Assembly: GCA_963675755.2 (NCBI GenBank)
Contig: CAXXMD010000003.1
Span: forward strand, 2,560,001-2,624,000
Length of the DNA stretch: 64,000 nucleotides
Direction of reading: 5' to 3'
Origin: a bacterium
GTDB lineage: Bacteria > Zhuqueibacterota > Zhuqueibacteria > Residuimicrobiales > Krinioviventaceae
The notes beneath the pieces are model-generated. The model had not been told where the DNA came from. It was given only the letters and a program-made list of their open reading frames with translations, and did no database searches. Numbering within the stretch: position 1 is the first letter of the stretch; each line of letters begins with the position of its first letter. Below, in pieces: positions 29,552 to 40,351 of the stretch. Both the position numbers and the translations under genes were made by a program.

Positions 29552-30688
29552 TTATTTCATCATAACCATACGTTTGCTGATTTTTTGGCTTCCGCTGGTC
29601 AATTGGTAAATATAGATACCAGATGCAACTGATTTTGCATTGTCATCTTTACCATCCCAGGTCAACTCGTAATTACCAGCTGGCATTTCAGAGTTTGCCA
29701 GTGTACGGATTGCTTGTCCCTGCAGATTGTAAACAACCAGTTTAGTCATTTCGGTTGTAGGCAGTGTAAAAGCAATGTTGGTAGTTGGGTTGAAAGGATT
29801 GGGATAATTTTGTTTCAGATTGAAATCAGTAGCAACAGCTACTTCTTCTTCAACCGCGGTTCCGCCTTCAACAGAAGATCTAACAACAACATCATCAATG
29901 ATGAATTGGTCGCCAGCATCAGTTGCAGGAGGAGTACCAAAAGTAGCAAACATGTTATAAGTACCAGTAACGCGTGGTTCTGCGTCTACGGTTTCGATCA
30001 GCCATTCTTCGGGTTCGTCTTCTTCAAAACCTTCCCAAACTTTAACTTTGATATCGCCTTCATTGAGGTACCATTTTACCCAATAGAAAACATCCAGATC
30101 AAAATCAAAAGCAGTCGGTGCTACAAAATAGGTCCAGGAATCTGGAGCCAATGCAGCCATTGCACCTTCATATTTTGCAACTGTAACATAGTCTTCCAGT
30201 GGACTTATAACCATTGCATATGCAGAAGCTTCAGTTGGATCTGCGTCACCGCGATCTTCATCCATAGGCATTCTTGCACCAACCATCAACATGGAAGAGG
30301 TAAAACGTTTACAGTTAACTTGAAATGTCAGAATTTGGTTTGGGCTGCCCCATGAATTCTGTTTTGCCAATGCAACAGATGCATCGTCAATATTTCCATT
30401 TTCATCTAATGTAAGTGTGGGTACACCATTTGATTCAACTAATCCAACGCCAACCAGGCCGCCGTATGAACCAGCTTGTACAAACAAAGCACCATCACGT
30501 TGTTCAATGGTTTGATCCTGTACATCTTGAGCCGGATAATAAATCCAACCTACGTTGGTAAGTGGAGAAACTTCGTCATCTTCGAAATGATCTTCCCACA
30601 GAATTGGATATTCTTGTGCGTTAATTGGAGCAATCATAGCAAACAAAAGAATTGCCAGGATTGAAGTCGTTAATAGCCGTTTCATCAT
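29552..30688 (-). CDS. Secreted protein with C-terminal T9SS type A sorting / FlgD Ig-like domain
   Basis: Signal peptide; LKQNYPNPFNPTT...WDGKDD...SGIYIY...KRMVMMK tail. Confidence 0.85.
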   Translation of the reverse strand: MMKRLLTTSILAILLFAMIAPINAQEYPILWEDHFEDDEVSPLTNVGWIYYPAQDVQDQTIEQRDGALFVQAGSYGGLVGVGLVESNGVPTLTLDENGNIDDASVALAKQNSWGSPNQILTFQVNCKRFTSSMLMVGARMPMDEDRGDADPTEASAYAMVISPLEDYVTVAKYEGAMAALAPDSWTYFVAPTAFDFDLDVFYWVKWYLNEGDIKVKVWEGFEEDEPEEWLIETVDAEPRVTGTYNMFATFGTPPATDAGDQFIIDDVVVRSSVEGGTAVEEEVAVATDFNLKQNYPNPFNPTTNIAFTLPTTEMTKLVVYNLQGQAIRTLANSEMPAGNYELTWDGKDDNAKSVASGIYIYQLTSGSQKISKRMVMMK

Positions 30689-30762
30689 GGAACCTCCCAA
30701 ATTAATTGAGTTATGTTACTTGTGGTTTATTATTGTATTATTATACAACTTTTTTTAAACAA

Positions 30763-31800
30763 TTAAAACGATATTTGCAAAGAAATGCGATTTATATCAC
30801 TAAAATATTCTGCACTTGTATAAGCATAATCTACAATTGCGTTATAATTTGAATATGAGAATTTTACACCTACACCAAATGTTGCTGATTCAACATCGTG
30901 ATTAAATTTATAACCGCCACGGATCGCAAAGCGTTGCAGATAAAGAATTTCCGTACCAATATGAACACGCTCAGTGTAATCATTGGGATGTATAGCATCA
31001 ACAGCTACATTAATATCCAGATCTTTATTTCCTTCCTGAAAAATCTCTGCAACGTCCATTGCCATACCAATTCTCAAATAAGTTGGCAGACTGAATTCTT
31101 CATACCAGTATGCCATATCACGGGAAAGGTTTTGCATGGTCATGGCAATAATTAGTCCTTTCCAGCCTACATCATATACGGTACCAAAATCAATACCCCA
31201 GTTGTTCATCGCATAATCTGCTGTGGTATAGTATTTTATCTCGTTTTCATCGCCTTCATTTTCTACCTTGTAAACATAACGGGCTTGACCCAAATCTTCA
31301 TGCAGGTGTTTTAGTTTGATACCAAATGAGAATTTATCACTGATACGTCTGGCATATGAAAAACCTATAGCATAATCTTCAACACCAATATCACCCGTGG
31401 TTATAAAACCTCTATAGTTTTGGGATTGCGGGACAATCTGTGTGCCCATAATTTCACCAAAATCCATATAGGTCAAGTCAACACCAAAGGCGCCCCAGTT
31501 CTCTGAAGAATACACCATTGCGGTTCCGTAAAGTTTGGTTTCTACCAACCAGCTGACCTGGTTAAATATCACAGAAACGCCTTTAATATCTGCTGTAACC
31601 GCAGGATTGTGCCACATACCATTAATACCCTGAACGGATGCTGTTGAAGCATCACCCATTGCAGACTCGCGGGCGCCCATGCTGATTGCAAGATAGGTCA
31701 TTCCGCTTTGCCCTACTTTTTTCTTTCTGGCCCACCCGTTATTGGGCAATGTTATTAGCATTGCTGCTATAATTATCAAAATGTATATTTTTCTAGTCAT
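30763..31800 (-). CDS. PorV/PorQ-family outer membrane beta-barrel protein
   Basis: GARESAMG and WHNPA motifs, C-terminal F; start ATG 31800 after GGGAG. Confidence 0.8.
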   Translation of the reverse strand: MTRKIYILIIIAAMLITLPNNGWARKKKVGQSGMTYLAISMGARESAMGDASTASVQGINGMWHNPAVTADIKGVSVIFNQVSWLVETKLYGTAMVYSSENWGAFGVDLTYMDFGEIMGTQIVPQSQNYRGFITTGDIGVEDYAIGFSYARRISDKFSFGIKLKHLHEDLGQARYVYKVENEGDENEIKYYTTADYAMNNWGIDFGTVYDVGWKGLIIAMTMQNLSRDMAYWYEEFSLPTYLRIGMAMDVAEIFQEGNKDLDINVAVDAIHPNDYTERVHIGTEILYLQRFAIRGGYKFNHDVESATFGVGVKFSYSNYNAIVDYAYTSAEYFSDINRISLQISF

Positions 31801-31814
31801 ATTATTGTCTCCCA

Positions 31815-33935
31815 TTATCGAATAACGACAAATTTGCCGGTTGCAGAACCCAATGGAGTACCTAAACGGTCCCATCCTTCGATGTAGTAAAAATAGACAC
31901 CACTTTTTATGGTTTGCCAGCTGTCTGTGATCTGGTACCACATTTCATCGGCAGATTCGTTAACTGACATGCGATTTTCCGGATTGGGATGGTGCAAGGT
32001 TTTTACAAGATCACCATGTACAGTAAAAATTCGAATGACAGCTTTTGCGGGAAGCCCTACAAAATAAAGACGGTCTTCAGGGCGGGCACCCAGGCCCGGA
32101 TCGATAAGATAATCTTCTTTAAAAGTACCACCATATTCCAGACCACCAGCATGGAAAGGATTGGGTACAACATAGATAGAGTCCATATTGGAATGTGCCG
32201 CTTCAAAGGGAACTGCCGCAAATTGATAGTTCCTGTTTGAAAAATGGCTGGATTCTACCGATTTACCAGGAAACAGACTGCTGGTATTTTGTGTTCCATC
32301 ATCAAATGCTGTAACGTAATAGTAATAACTTTTACCACGTTCAACATTACGATCGGTATAGGTATTAGTAACAGGATTACCTGTATTTCCACCGCATTCA
32401 TAGATGAGATTATAAATGTTATTATAATCACCAACCGCACGATAGAGGCGATAACCCGAAAAATCATATACATCTGTGTCTACATCGTTTTCTGGAAGGT
32501 TGTCGCGATGGGATAAATTAGTTTCATCATAATCGCCATAATACCATTCAATGTCAATTTTTCCGGGGCCGGCATCCAATTTTAAATTGGGAGATTCAGG
32601 TCCGTCTGGGACAGCTTCATAACCATTCTGCCAGGTCCATTCGGCTCTTGAAACAATCTGATGTAGTGAATCTTTACCGGTAGCGAGAAAAGCGTTTTTA
32701 GCCGCGTCTCCAGATAAACCATTAAATTCAAAGTTTCCTTCAATCCATTCTTTTCCATATTGGATGGCGAGTTTTCTTTCTACGGCGCCAACCGCTTCAA
32801 AAATCACAATATGAATGTCTTCGCCAAAGGGAATGTTATAGGGCCCAAAAGAGATTAAACATTGGGGTGCCTGAACTTCGGGGTTCCATGGATTTGTATA
32901 ATCCAGAACATCTGAACCCTGGCTTTGTTTACCGCTGCTCAAATCGCCATACATGGTTAATTCATCAGAGTTTGCATGTGTATGAACTTTGGATTCAGGA
33001 AAAAAGTTTACGGTGCTTGGTTGAGCAAGATCATCACTGTCATTACTATAATCTGTATCTGCATGTAAAACACCATAAGATACATATTGTGTTGCCAGGA
33101 ATTCTCCACTGGTTTCTGAAGGATCACCCGTATCGTCAAAAGTTTTGCTATTGTTATCACCATCATAAACGTACCAGAAACCACGTAAAGAATCACCGGG
33201 TTGGTTACCATAATAATGACACCAGTCATCACGTTGGCCGCCCATAGCTTCATGGCCTTTATCACCCGACGGTACGAATACTCTCCATAATCCCAGATAT
33301 ACGTCCTCAAGATTTTGACCGTTTAGTTCTATTGTGCTTTCATTGTCGTCTGCATTTCCGGTATTGGTAAAGGTATATTCAGAAATAATATAGCTGTCAT
33401 GTCTGCGGTTTGCAAATGCATAGCTAGTACGTTCAACCTGAATACCAACGTCGGTGTACCATTTGGAGGTAATGATCTCATCCGCTACCAAACTGGCAGA
33501 TCTTGAAGAACTACCACGATTATCTACAATTCGTTCCTCGGCATCACCATTTACAATTACGCGGGGCAATCTTTGTCTTACTCTTTTGCGATTGCTGTTA
33601 GACCTAGTATATAAAACACCGGATGCATCGCCATTTTTATATCCACCTTCGGAAACATATGCTGATTTAAACTCACCCAGTTTATTGGTCCAGTTTTTTA
33701 CGCCAATCCAATGCCCAATGGCTTCCATGTTTTTACCGGTGTGGAGATAAAAATCACCACCCGGGTAATTCATCTGGCTTTGCAGTGGCGCATAAGTGGG
33801 CATGTTTCCGGTTTCGAAACGGGTTACCCACAAACGACCGATTTCATGACTTTTGATTTGTGCCAGTGCGGGTGTTAAAATACCCAGAATCAGTAATAAA
33901 AGGCACAAGGATATATATTTTATTTTTTTATTCAT
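31815..33935 (-). CDS. Secreted protein with fibronectin-III-like domain and T9SS-like C-terminal domain
   Basis: Start ATG 33935 after GGAGG; FSGYRLYR, YYYYVTAFD, VVPNPF...IRIFTVHGDLV...SGVYFY...KFVVIR. Confidence 0.75.
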   Translation of the reverse strand: MNKKIKYISLCLLLLILGILTPALAQIKSHEIGRLWVTRFETGNMPTYAPLQSQMNYPGGDFYLHTGKNMEAIGHWIGVKNWTNKLGEFKSAYVSEGGYKNGDASGVLYTRSNSNRKRVRQRLPRVIVNGDAEERIVDNRGSSSRSASLVADEIITSKWYTDVGIQVERTSYAFANRRHDSYIISEYTFTNTGNADDNESTIELNGQNLEDVYLGLWRVFVPSGDKGHEAMGGQRDDWCHYYGNQPGDSLRGFWYVYDGDNNSKTFDDTGDPSETSGEFLATQYVSYGVLHADTDYSNDSDDLAQPSTVNFFPESKVHTHANSDELTMYGDLSSGKQSQGSDVLDYTNPWNPEVQAPQCLISFGPYNIPFGEDIHIVIFEAVGAVERKLAIQYGKEWIEGNFEFNGLSGDAAKNAFLATGKDSLHQIVSRAEWTWQNGYEAVPDGPESPNLKLDAGPGKIDIEWYYGDYDETNLSHRDNLPENDVDTDVYDFSGYRLYRAVGDYNNIYNLIYECGGNTGNPVTNTYTDRNVERGKSYYYYVTAFDDGTQNTSSLFPGKSVESSHFSNRNYQFAAVPFEAAHSNMDSIYVVPNPFHAGGLEYGGTFKEDYLIDPGLGARPEDRLYFVGLPAKAVIRIFTVHGDLVKTLHHPNPENRMSVNESADEMWYQITDSWQTIKSGVYFYYIEGWDRLGTPLGSATGKFVVIR

Positions 33936-33954
33936 TATTTCCTCCACGTTCCGT

Positions 33955-36945
33955 TTACCTGTGAATCCGTAAACCAAAGACATAAGATTTATACTCACCC
34001 CAGTATACATTGTCGCTCCAGGTTCTCAGTATTTGGGGATTGGTCAATTCGTCAGTACCCAATTCGTCTAGTCTGCCCGAGTTCCACAAATCATCATAAT
34101 AATCTTCCTGACTGTCTCCACCGGGAATACTACGGAACTTGGAATGATAAATGTTACTTACATCCATATAGAATTCCATATTGGTGTTGAAAAGAGAGAA
34201 CACTCTTGAAAAGCGCATGTTTGCCCAATATTTGTCCAGTTCCTTGAACCAGACATCAGGATGTTCATCATTAAAGCTGTCACGCGGATGTTTTCTTCGT
34301 GTTCCACCTTGATAAAAGATCTGGAAGCTGAGGTTTGAGTTGGAAACCAGCGGGAACTTGCCGATTTTTGGACCCCAGTCTGCCGGTGCAGAGAATGTGA
34401 TTACACCACGTGCATCTGGCTGGATGTAATTGATATTGGAACGAGGAACGCCCCATAAAACACCATTATTACCAATATTGGGATCATCAGTAATAATTGG
34501 GATCTGGCTCAGGTTTGGAATCTCGAGGTTGGCTTCACTTTCTTTAATAAAGTTGTAATTGAACCAACCGGTAACAAAACGACCCATGGGTTTACGTAAT
34601 TCGATTTCAATACCGCGAATTTCTTTATAGTTGTTCTGGTCATACCATTCCAGTACCAGGGTTTGGTCACCATGGGCATAAACCATTCCACTTTCATAAC
34701 CGTCATAATCTTTGTAAAATGCACCAAGGTGTAATTGCAGATCGTATTTGATTCCAAAATCCGCACCCAACTCGTAGGCAATATTGGTTGGAAAGTCAAT
34801 ATCCGCATTACCCATAAATGTAACACGAGGTAGAGACCAGTCAACCATAGTATGGTAAAGCACTTCACTCGCTGCTACCTGAACAAAGTGACCATAGTTG
34901 AAATATATTTTGCTTCGATCAGACAGGGGATGTGAGATACCAACACGCGGACTGAAATAGACTTTGGGTTTGGGTCTGAAAGTGGGGTATTTATTGTTAA
35001 CATAATCATTGAACAGATCTTCATTGGTTGCATAAGAGAGAGCTTGATGTGGATCGGGTCGATCACAGTTTACATCAAAATAATCCATACGTAAACCAAT
35101 GTTGGCAATCATGCCCTGGAATTCCACTTTGTCTTGTACGAATGCTGCCATTTCAAGTGGAAAAACATGGTAATTGTGTGTAAAGAGTTGTGTTGAATCG
35201 CCATCATGCCAGTGAGTACGATCTTCAAGCATATCGTTGTAGTTGAATTCTAAACCAGCTTTTAACTCGTGTGCAGGATGGAACTGGCTGGTTAATTCTG
35301 CTTTTAATGTGGTTGCGTGATGATGGGAATTATCCCATGAATCTCCACCACCAAACATTTTAAATTGTTCACCGGGATCAGGTTCACCATTTGCTCTTGA
35401 AATCCAACCGGATTGCGGATCGTAATACAAGCGTCCGTGAAAATAACGACCATCTTCTGCTTTGGCAGAATCAGGTCTGCCAATGTTCCAGTTAATATTC
35501 AAATGGCTGAGTTTAACTTCGTAAAAAGTGGTTGGTGAAAGTGTGTGTGTAAATGTTGCGCCGGCAACCGTTGTATATCGGTTGAGGATAGGTCTGTGAT
35601 AGGGATAATAAGTATAACCACCGTCAATACCACCGCCATCATATTCTACCCGGTCTTCATGACTCCAGCTACTGTTTGATCTACCTTCTGTAACCGATCT
35701 GACCTCTGAATACATGTTATTCAGGGTCAGTTTCATGTTGGGAGAAAGGGTATTAACTATTTTTAAAGAACCAATCCGTTCATCATAATAGCGGCGTGAT
35801 TGCGGGTATTGGAAAGGTTTGTACTCAAACTTTCCACCCAGTAAAAAGTTTGCTTTCCATGGCAATATGGGAACTCTTCCAGACAAGGTTGCGTCAATAT
35901 TATGCCCGGTTTTATCGCCATAGTCTACAGGGCGATGACGCCATTGCCACAATTCATATGCTTCTTCTGCAGTCAGATCATTGTTGGGATTATCATCAGT
36001 TAACAATTCTTCTGCATAAGCATTCCAACCGATCCAGGTATATTCATCATCGTGAATACCGTCTGGTACCAGAATGGATCCGCCTTCAAAGGCACTCTCA
36101 CCGGCTTTTAACAACCATTCAGTACGATAATTTTTATCATATATATTTCGACCTGCGTGTCCCTGACGGGCTGGAGTCAATTGGTAGTCAACTGAAAAGT
36201 GTAAACGGTCTTCGGGATTTTTAGTAACCACATTGATCACACCTGAACGGGACTGACCATATTCTGCGTTAAAGCCGTTACGCATAAGTTTAATCTCTTC
36301 TACCGCGCCGGGTTGAATAGAGATTACAGGACGGTTAAATTTTTGGTCAAACATGTCCATACCGTCCATTAAAAAACCCACTTCCATAGCGTCACCTTCA
36401 CGGATCTTGATCTCGCCTTCCATAATGTTTCCGCTGACGCCTGACTGCAGGCTGATGATTTCTTCAACACGATTGGCAAACGGAGTGTTTTGATAATCAC
36501 TCTCTGAGATATAGCTTTCCGTACTGGCCACATCCGTTTTGATGATATCTCGTTGGGCTTGTACAACAACTTCGCCGCCTATATCAAGTACTTCCTGGTC
36601 AAGATCAAAATTTATTGTGGTTGTACGATCAACGCTTACATGAACGTTCTGTTTCAGTTGCTTACCGTAACCAATGATAGATGCAGTGACCGAATATGTA
36701 CCCGGAGGTACCTGCAGGATGATAAATTCACCGTCAATGTTGGATGCTGCACCTATTGCTCCATCAAAAGGAATTTCTTTACCTTCCTGCCATACATGAC
36801 TAATAAAGATATTGGCACCTGGCAGCCGTGCACCGTCAGCTACATCTTTGATAGTACCACGAATCTTACCAGTTACACCTCCAAATACTGATAGAGGTAG
36901 AATTATGAATAACAGTACATATTTCTTGATCCACTGATATTTCAT
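33955..36945 (-). CDS. Large TonB-dependent receptor
   Basis: Start ATG 36945 after AGGAG; GVTGKIRG N-terminal domain, GFNAEYG plug, SPRVGISHP and YFNYGHF barrel motifs. Confidence 0.9.
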   Translation of the reverse strand: MKYQWIKKYVLLFIILPLSVFGGVTGKIRGTIKDVADGARLPGANIFISHVWQEGKEIPFDGAIGAASNIDGEFIILQVPPGTYSVTASIIGYGKQLKQNVHVSVDRTTTINFDLDQEVLDIGGEVVVQAQRDIIKTDVASTESYISESDYQNTPFANRVEEIISLQSGVSGNIMEGEIKIREGDAMEVGFLMDGMDMFDQKFNRPVISIQPGAVEEIKLMRNGFNAEYGQSRSGVINVVTKNPEDRLHFSVDYQLTPARQGHAGRNIYDKNYRTEWLLKAGESAFEGGSILVPDGIHDDEYTWIGWNAYAEELLTDDNPNNDLTAEEAYELWQWRHRPVDYGDKTGHNIDATLSGRVPILPWKANFLLGGKFEYKPFQYPQSRRYYDERIGSLKIVNTLSPNMKLTLNNMYSEVRSVTEGRSNSSWSHEDRVEYDGGGIDGGYTYYPYHRPILNRYTTVAGATFTHTLSPTTFYEVKLSHLNINWNIGRPDSAKAEDGRYFHGRLYYDPQSGWISRANGEPDPGEQFKMFGGGDSWDNSHHHATTLKAELTSQFHPAHELKAGLEFNYNDMLEDRTHWHDGDSTQLFTHNYHVFPLEMAAFVQDKVEFQGMIANIGLRMDYFDVNCDRPDPHQALSYATNEDLFNDYVNNKYPTFRPKPKVYFSPRVGISHPLSDRSKIYFNYGHFVQVAASEVLYHTMVDWSLPRVTFMGNADIDFPTNIAYELGADFGIKYDLQLHLGAFYKDYDGYESGMVYAHGDQTLVLEWYDQNNYKEIRGIEIELRKPMGRFVTGWFNYNFIKESEANLEIPNLSQIPIITDDPNIGNNGVLWGVPRSNINYIQPDARGVITFSAPADWGPKIGKFPLVSNSNLSFQIFYQGGTRRKHPRDSFNDEHPDVWFKELDKYWANMRFSRVFSLFNTNMEFYMDVSNIYHSKFRSIPGGDSQEDYYDDLWNSGRLDELGTDELTNPQILRTWSDNVYWGEYKSYVFGLRIHR

Positions 36946-37073
36946 AAGGTCTCCTTCCCGAAATATATTGTTTATCAAATTTTTCCAGAGTTAAATTACT
37001 TATTATTCATTAATACGATATTAACGGATTGTTAATTTACAACTGAATCTTATTGTGACCTTTTACTTGGTAA

Positions 37074-37085
37074 GCAAACGTTTGC
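37074..37085. promoter_or_regulatory. LacI-family operator upstream of the TonB receptor cluster
   Basis: Perfect palindrome GCAAACGTTTGC with central CG, about 130 bp upstream of the start codon. Confidence 0.65.
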
Positions 37086-37416
37086 CTAATTTATGTATAA
37101 ATATGCTATAACTGAGAAAGAACTCTTAATGATTCTTGATACAAATTCTATAGTGTGATATTTTAATAGTTTGGGAACGGTTGATTCTGAATGATGTGAT
37201 GTTTGTTAAAAGAGTGACCATGCTATATATTTTTTTTAACATGTTGATATAATAAATCAGCATTTTTTTGTATAAGCAACTGATCTTGTTTCTTTTTATG
37301 GGTCTGTTAATTGTTGAAATCACTGTTTAATATATATTGAAATTATATAGAATGCAATAATTTTATCTATATTTTTATGATTTTTTTTTGATATTGCGTT
37401 AGGAATGATTTTTAAT

Positions 37417-37450
37417 AAAAAAGGCAACTGATTTACAGTTGCCTTTTTTT
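37417..37450. terminator. Rho-independent terminator after the MFS gene
   Basis: A6-GGCAACTG-loop-CAGTTGCC-T7. Confidence 0.85.
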
Positions 37451-37453
37451 ATA

Positions 37454-38719
37454 TCAGAGATTTGCTGTTCCACGTTTGGATTTAAACCATAAAAGGAAGG
37501 TAAGAGCAGTACCCAATGTGGCTACAATAACCAGCATCATAAATATGGGTACCAGATCGTGATTATAGGTTTCGTAGAGAAAACCAATAATTTCTTCCTG
37601 AAAGATAGGGCCAATTGAGCCAATACCATTAATAATACCTGCGGCAGCAAGTGCGCTTTTTTTGGATGTTACATCAATAGCGCCAACTCCTGACAGAAGC
37701 GAGTCGGGGCCGTAAAGCATGAATCCGGCAAGTCCCATAGAGATTGTAAAATAGAGAACACTGTTTGCGCCAAATGTATACATGATAAAGAATGAAACGG
37801 TCATGAAAAATAACATTAAAAATGCAATCAATGAGCGTTTACCTTTGAATAATTTGTCTGACGCCCATCCCGCAAAGATAACACCTGCAAAACCGGTCAA
37901 ATCAAATATTGTAGACAAGTATCCCGCTTCATCACCCTGTAGTGCAAAGTTTTTATTCAGGAAAAAGGGTGCCCAGCTCCAAAGAGCATATCTCAGGAAT
38001 TTAATACAAAAGTACACCATTCCCATAAGAACGACTGTGAAAATGACGTCTTTTGACCATTTTTCTTCTTTGCCGTCATCAACTGTATCTTCTTCATCTT
38101 CATCTTTCAAGGGTTCAAGGCCAACATCTTCCGGCTTGTTGGGATGAATTAAAAGAACGACTGCCCAAATAACGAGAAGTACAATTGATGCACCAAAAAA
38201 TGACCATCTCCAACCTGCCAGGCCCAAAAGGAATGCGGCAAATGAACTGGCTGCCAGCGAACCGACCTGATAGCAGGTAGACCAAACACCCAATATGGTT
38301 CCACGTTGTTTACGTTTGTACCAAAATGCCAAACTGCCAATGCAGCCCGGCCAGCCTGTTCCCTGGGCAAGACCGTTTAAACTCAGAAACAGCATAATGG
38401 TCCAGTAGCTGTTGGAAATACCAAACATGAAATTGCAGAATAATGAAATTCCCATTCCAACGAGTAGCAGCAACTTGGGGCCTAGTTTTTTCCCGAAAAA
38501 TGCACTTGAGAATTGACCTACCATGTAAAATACCAGGTAAGCGGTACCCAAATGTGCCAGATCAATGGCTGTCATACCCAGATCGCCAGCCATTGCACTT
38601 TTTACTACATAGAAAGCTTTACGACAAAAATAGTACCCGGCATAAGAAAGCCAGGTAGCGGCAAATATTTTAACCTGCCAGGGCCGATAAGCATTTTTAA
38701 TTGATACTTGCTCTTTCAT
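37454..38719 (-). CDS. MFS transporter, organophosphate:Pi antiporter (GlpT/UhpT-like) family
   Basis: YAGYYFCRKAF, NGLAQGTGWP, RGTILGVWST, GWASDK and AAGIINGIG motifs; about 12 TM helices. Confidence 0.85.
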   Translation of the reverse strand: MKEQVSIKNAYRPWQVKIFAATWLSYAGYYFCRKAFYVVKSAMAGDLGMTAIDLAHLGTAYLVFYMVGQFSSAFFGKKLGPKLLLLVGMGISLFCNFMFGISNSYWTIMLFLSLNGLAQGTGWPGCIGSLAFWYKRKQRGTILGVWSTCYQVGSLAASSFAAFLLGLAGWRWSFFGASIVLLVIWAVVLLIHPNKPEDVGLEPLKDEDEEDTVDDGKEEKWSKDVIFTVVLMGMVYFCIKFLRYALWSWAPFFLNKNFALQGDEAGYLSTIFDLTGFAGVIFAGWASDKLFKGKRSLIAFLMLFFMTVSFFIMYTFGANSVLYFTISMGLAGFMLYGPDSLLSGVGAIDVTSKKSALAAAGIINGIGSIGPIFQEEIIGFLYETYNHDLVPIFMMLVIVATLGTALTFLLWFKSKRGTANL

Positions 38720-38731
38720 AGGCTCTGCCCT

Positions 38732-39580
38732 TTATTTTTTTTGCATTACCTGCTTGGTTAACCAATTTTTAAATTCCAGTTCACGAATATCATCATCTAA
38801 AAGGTCTTCATCGATTGCCAGTTTCCAACGCAGGTCTTTGGTGTCATCAGATTTGACAATCTCGTCATATTGAGCCACCAGTTCTGTCAACGCTTCATGG
38901 CTTTTGAAATAGTTTTCGCGGGTCAGTTTCTCCTCACGAGCTTCAATGAGTCTGGCCATTTCATAAAGATTATACTCGGGATGGTATTGTGTAGCCCAGA
39001 AAGTGCCTTTTTTGTATGTAACACTGACTGCCTGTACATAGGTAAAGCTGTTGCCTGCCAGACGTGTTGCACCCTCTGGTAGTCCGGTAATATGATCATC
39101 ATGACTGATAAATCCGTCAAACGCCATAGGTTTGCCTTCATACATGGGGTGCGTTTTACCTTCGTCTGTAAGGTATACCTTGCGTGCAACGCCCATTTCT
39201 CGACCTTTGGGGTTGGGTTCAACTTTGCCGCCTGCAACATATACTGCTAGCTGTGCAGCCCAGCAGCTGCCAAATTGCGGTATACCGGTTTCGTACGCCA
39301 AGTTTGCAATTTTGATCATGGTTATTACCCGTTCATCATCTGTATGATAAACAGTAAGGTTGCAGCCCGGCCATAAAACGCCATCATAATTATCTAAATT
39401 ATCGGGGATGATTGTTTCTGTGTCGCTGGTATATAAAATATCATATTGGGCATTGGGCATGTATTTCAGCAATAGATTTGCATAGAGCTGCCCTGCCAGT
39501 GTCATTCCTACCTGGTCGAATTGGTCTCTACTTTTTTGGGGATATCCGTCCAGTATTAAAAATCGCATAGTATCTGCCAT
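38732..39580 (-). CDS. Class I glutamine amidotransferase-like hydrolase
   Basis: Nucleophile elbow GSCWAAQ and QYHPE (Cys-His-Glu triad). Confidence 0.85.
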   Translation of the reverse strand: MADTMRFLILDGYPQKSRDQFDQVGMTLAGQLYANLLLKYMPNAQYDILYTSDTETIIPDNLDNYDGVLWPGCNLTVYHTDDERVITMIKIANLAYETGIPQFGSCWAAQLAVYVAGGKVEPNPKGREMGVARKVYLTDEGKTHPMYEGKPMAFDGFISHDDHITGLPEGATRLAGNSFTYVQAVSVTYKKGTFWATQYHPEYNLYEMARLIEAREEKLTRENYFKSHEALTELVAQYDEIVKSDDTKDLRWKLAIDEDLLDDDIRELEFKNWLTKQVMQKK

Positions 39581-39582
39581 TA

Positions 39583-40338
39583 TTATTTCGCCTGTTTTTT
39601 AGAGTTTAATATTTCTGTCAATTTTGAGTAATCATTGAATTTTGCATCTGCCTGGGTGTTATCGCTGCCCCGATCAATTGCGGCGGTACACAGTATAGAA
39701 CCCATTCCTGCTTTTTTCGGTCCCAGAATATCGTTTTGTTCCCGATCACCGATATGAACGATCTCATTCAATTCAACACCCAATCCTTTTGCCGCTGCAT
39801 CAAAGACTGAAGGATGCGGTTTAGAGTGCCCAACTTCATCAGAGAATACAAAAAAAGTAAAATATTGGGCCAAATCTTCGCCTGCCAACAACTCTCGCAA
39901 TGCACGACCGGGACTGAAAATAGCATCTGAAATAACGCCCAATTTAAAATCTTTACTTAGCTGCTTTATTGCATCGTGAACTCCCGGAATAAAATTAGGT
40001 CTAAATTCCAGTTCCATTTCCTCATGTAGTTTTACCAATTCGTCCATTTCATTGGCAGGTAACTCTACACCCAAACCCTTTAAAAGTACGGAAAGACGTT
40101 CATGTACAGGCCAGGTTACATGGGAATCGTGCCAGACTTTTCTAAAAGCAGCATCGGTTGTATTGTAAGCGATGTCAATAATATCCCGCGAAACGGATTT
40201 GTGTTTATTTACAAATTGCTCTACCAGGTTGCGTCGTTCAACAGGTTTTGTGGGGCGATTTGCAGCTTTGCGTTTGGGTTCATCAGAATCATCAATAAAG
40301 ACTGTGTCCCACAAATCAAATGTAATTGCTTTAATCAT
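39583..40338 (-). CDS. HAD-superfamily hydrolase (phosphatase)
   Basis: FDLWDT motif I, SKPHP and HIGDREQND. Confidence 0.88.
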   Translation of the reverse strand: MIKAITFDLWDTVFIDDSDEPKRKAANRPTKPVERRNLVEQFVNKHKSVSRDIIDIAYNTTDAAFRKVWHDSHVTWPVHERLSVLLKGLGVELPANEMDELVKLHEEMELEFRPNFIPGVHDAIKQLSKDFKLGVISDAIFSPGRALRELLAGEDLAQYFTFFVFSDEVGHSKPHPSVFDAAAKGLGVELNEIVHIGDREQNDILGPKKAGMGSILCTAAIDRGSDNTQADAKFNDYSKLTEILNSKKQAK

Positions 40339-40351
40339 AACAAACCTTTTT

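Noticed and set aside
29714-30355. 213-aa plus-strand ORF, and the many other 60-175 aa ORFs nested in or antisense to long genes (for example 58400-58927, 40724-41206, 14819-15058)
   Set aside because: Shadow ORFs of well-supported genes, with no RBS or recognisable motifs.
36980-37416. Long AT-rich intergenic region checked for a riboswitch, sRNA or the 65-aa ORF 37126-37323
   Set aside because: No cobalamin, TPP or SAM consensus and no stable stems seen; the ORF is low-complexity with no RBS. Only the LacI-type palindrome is supported.
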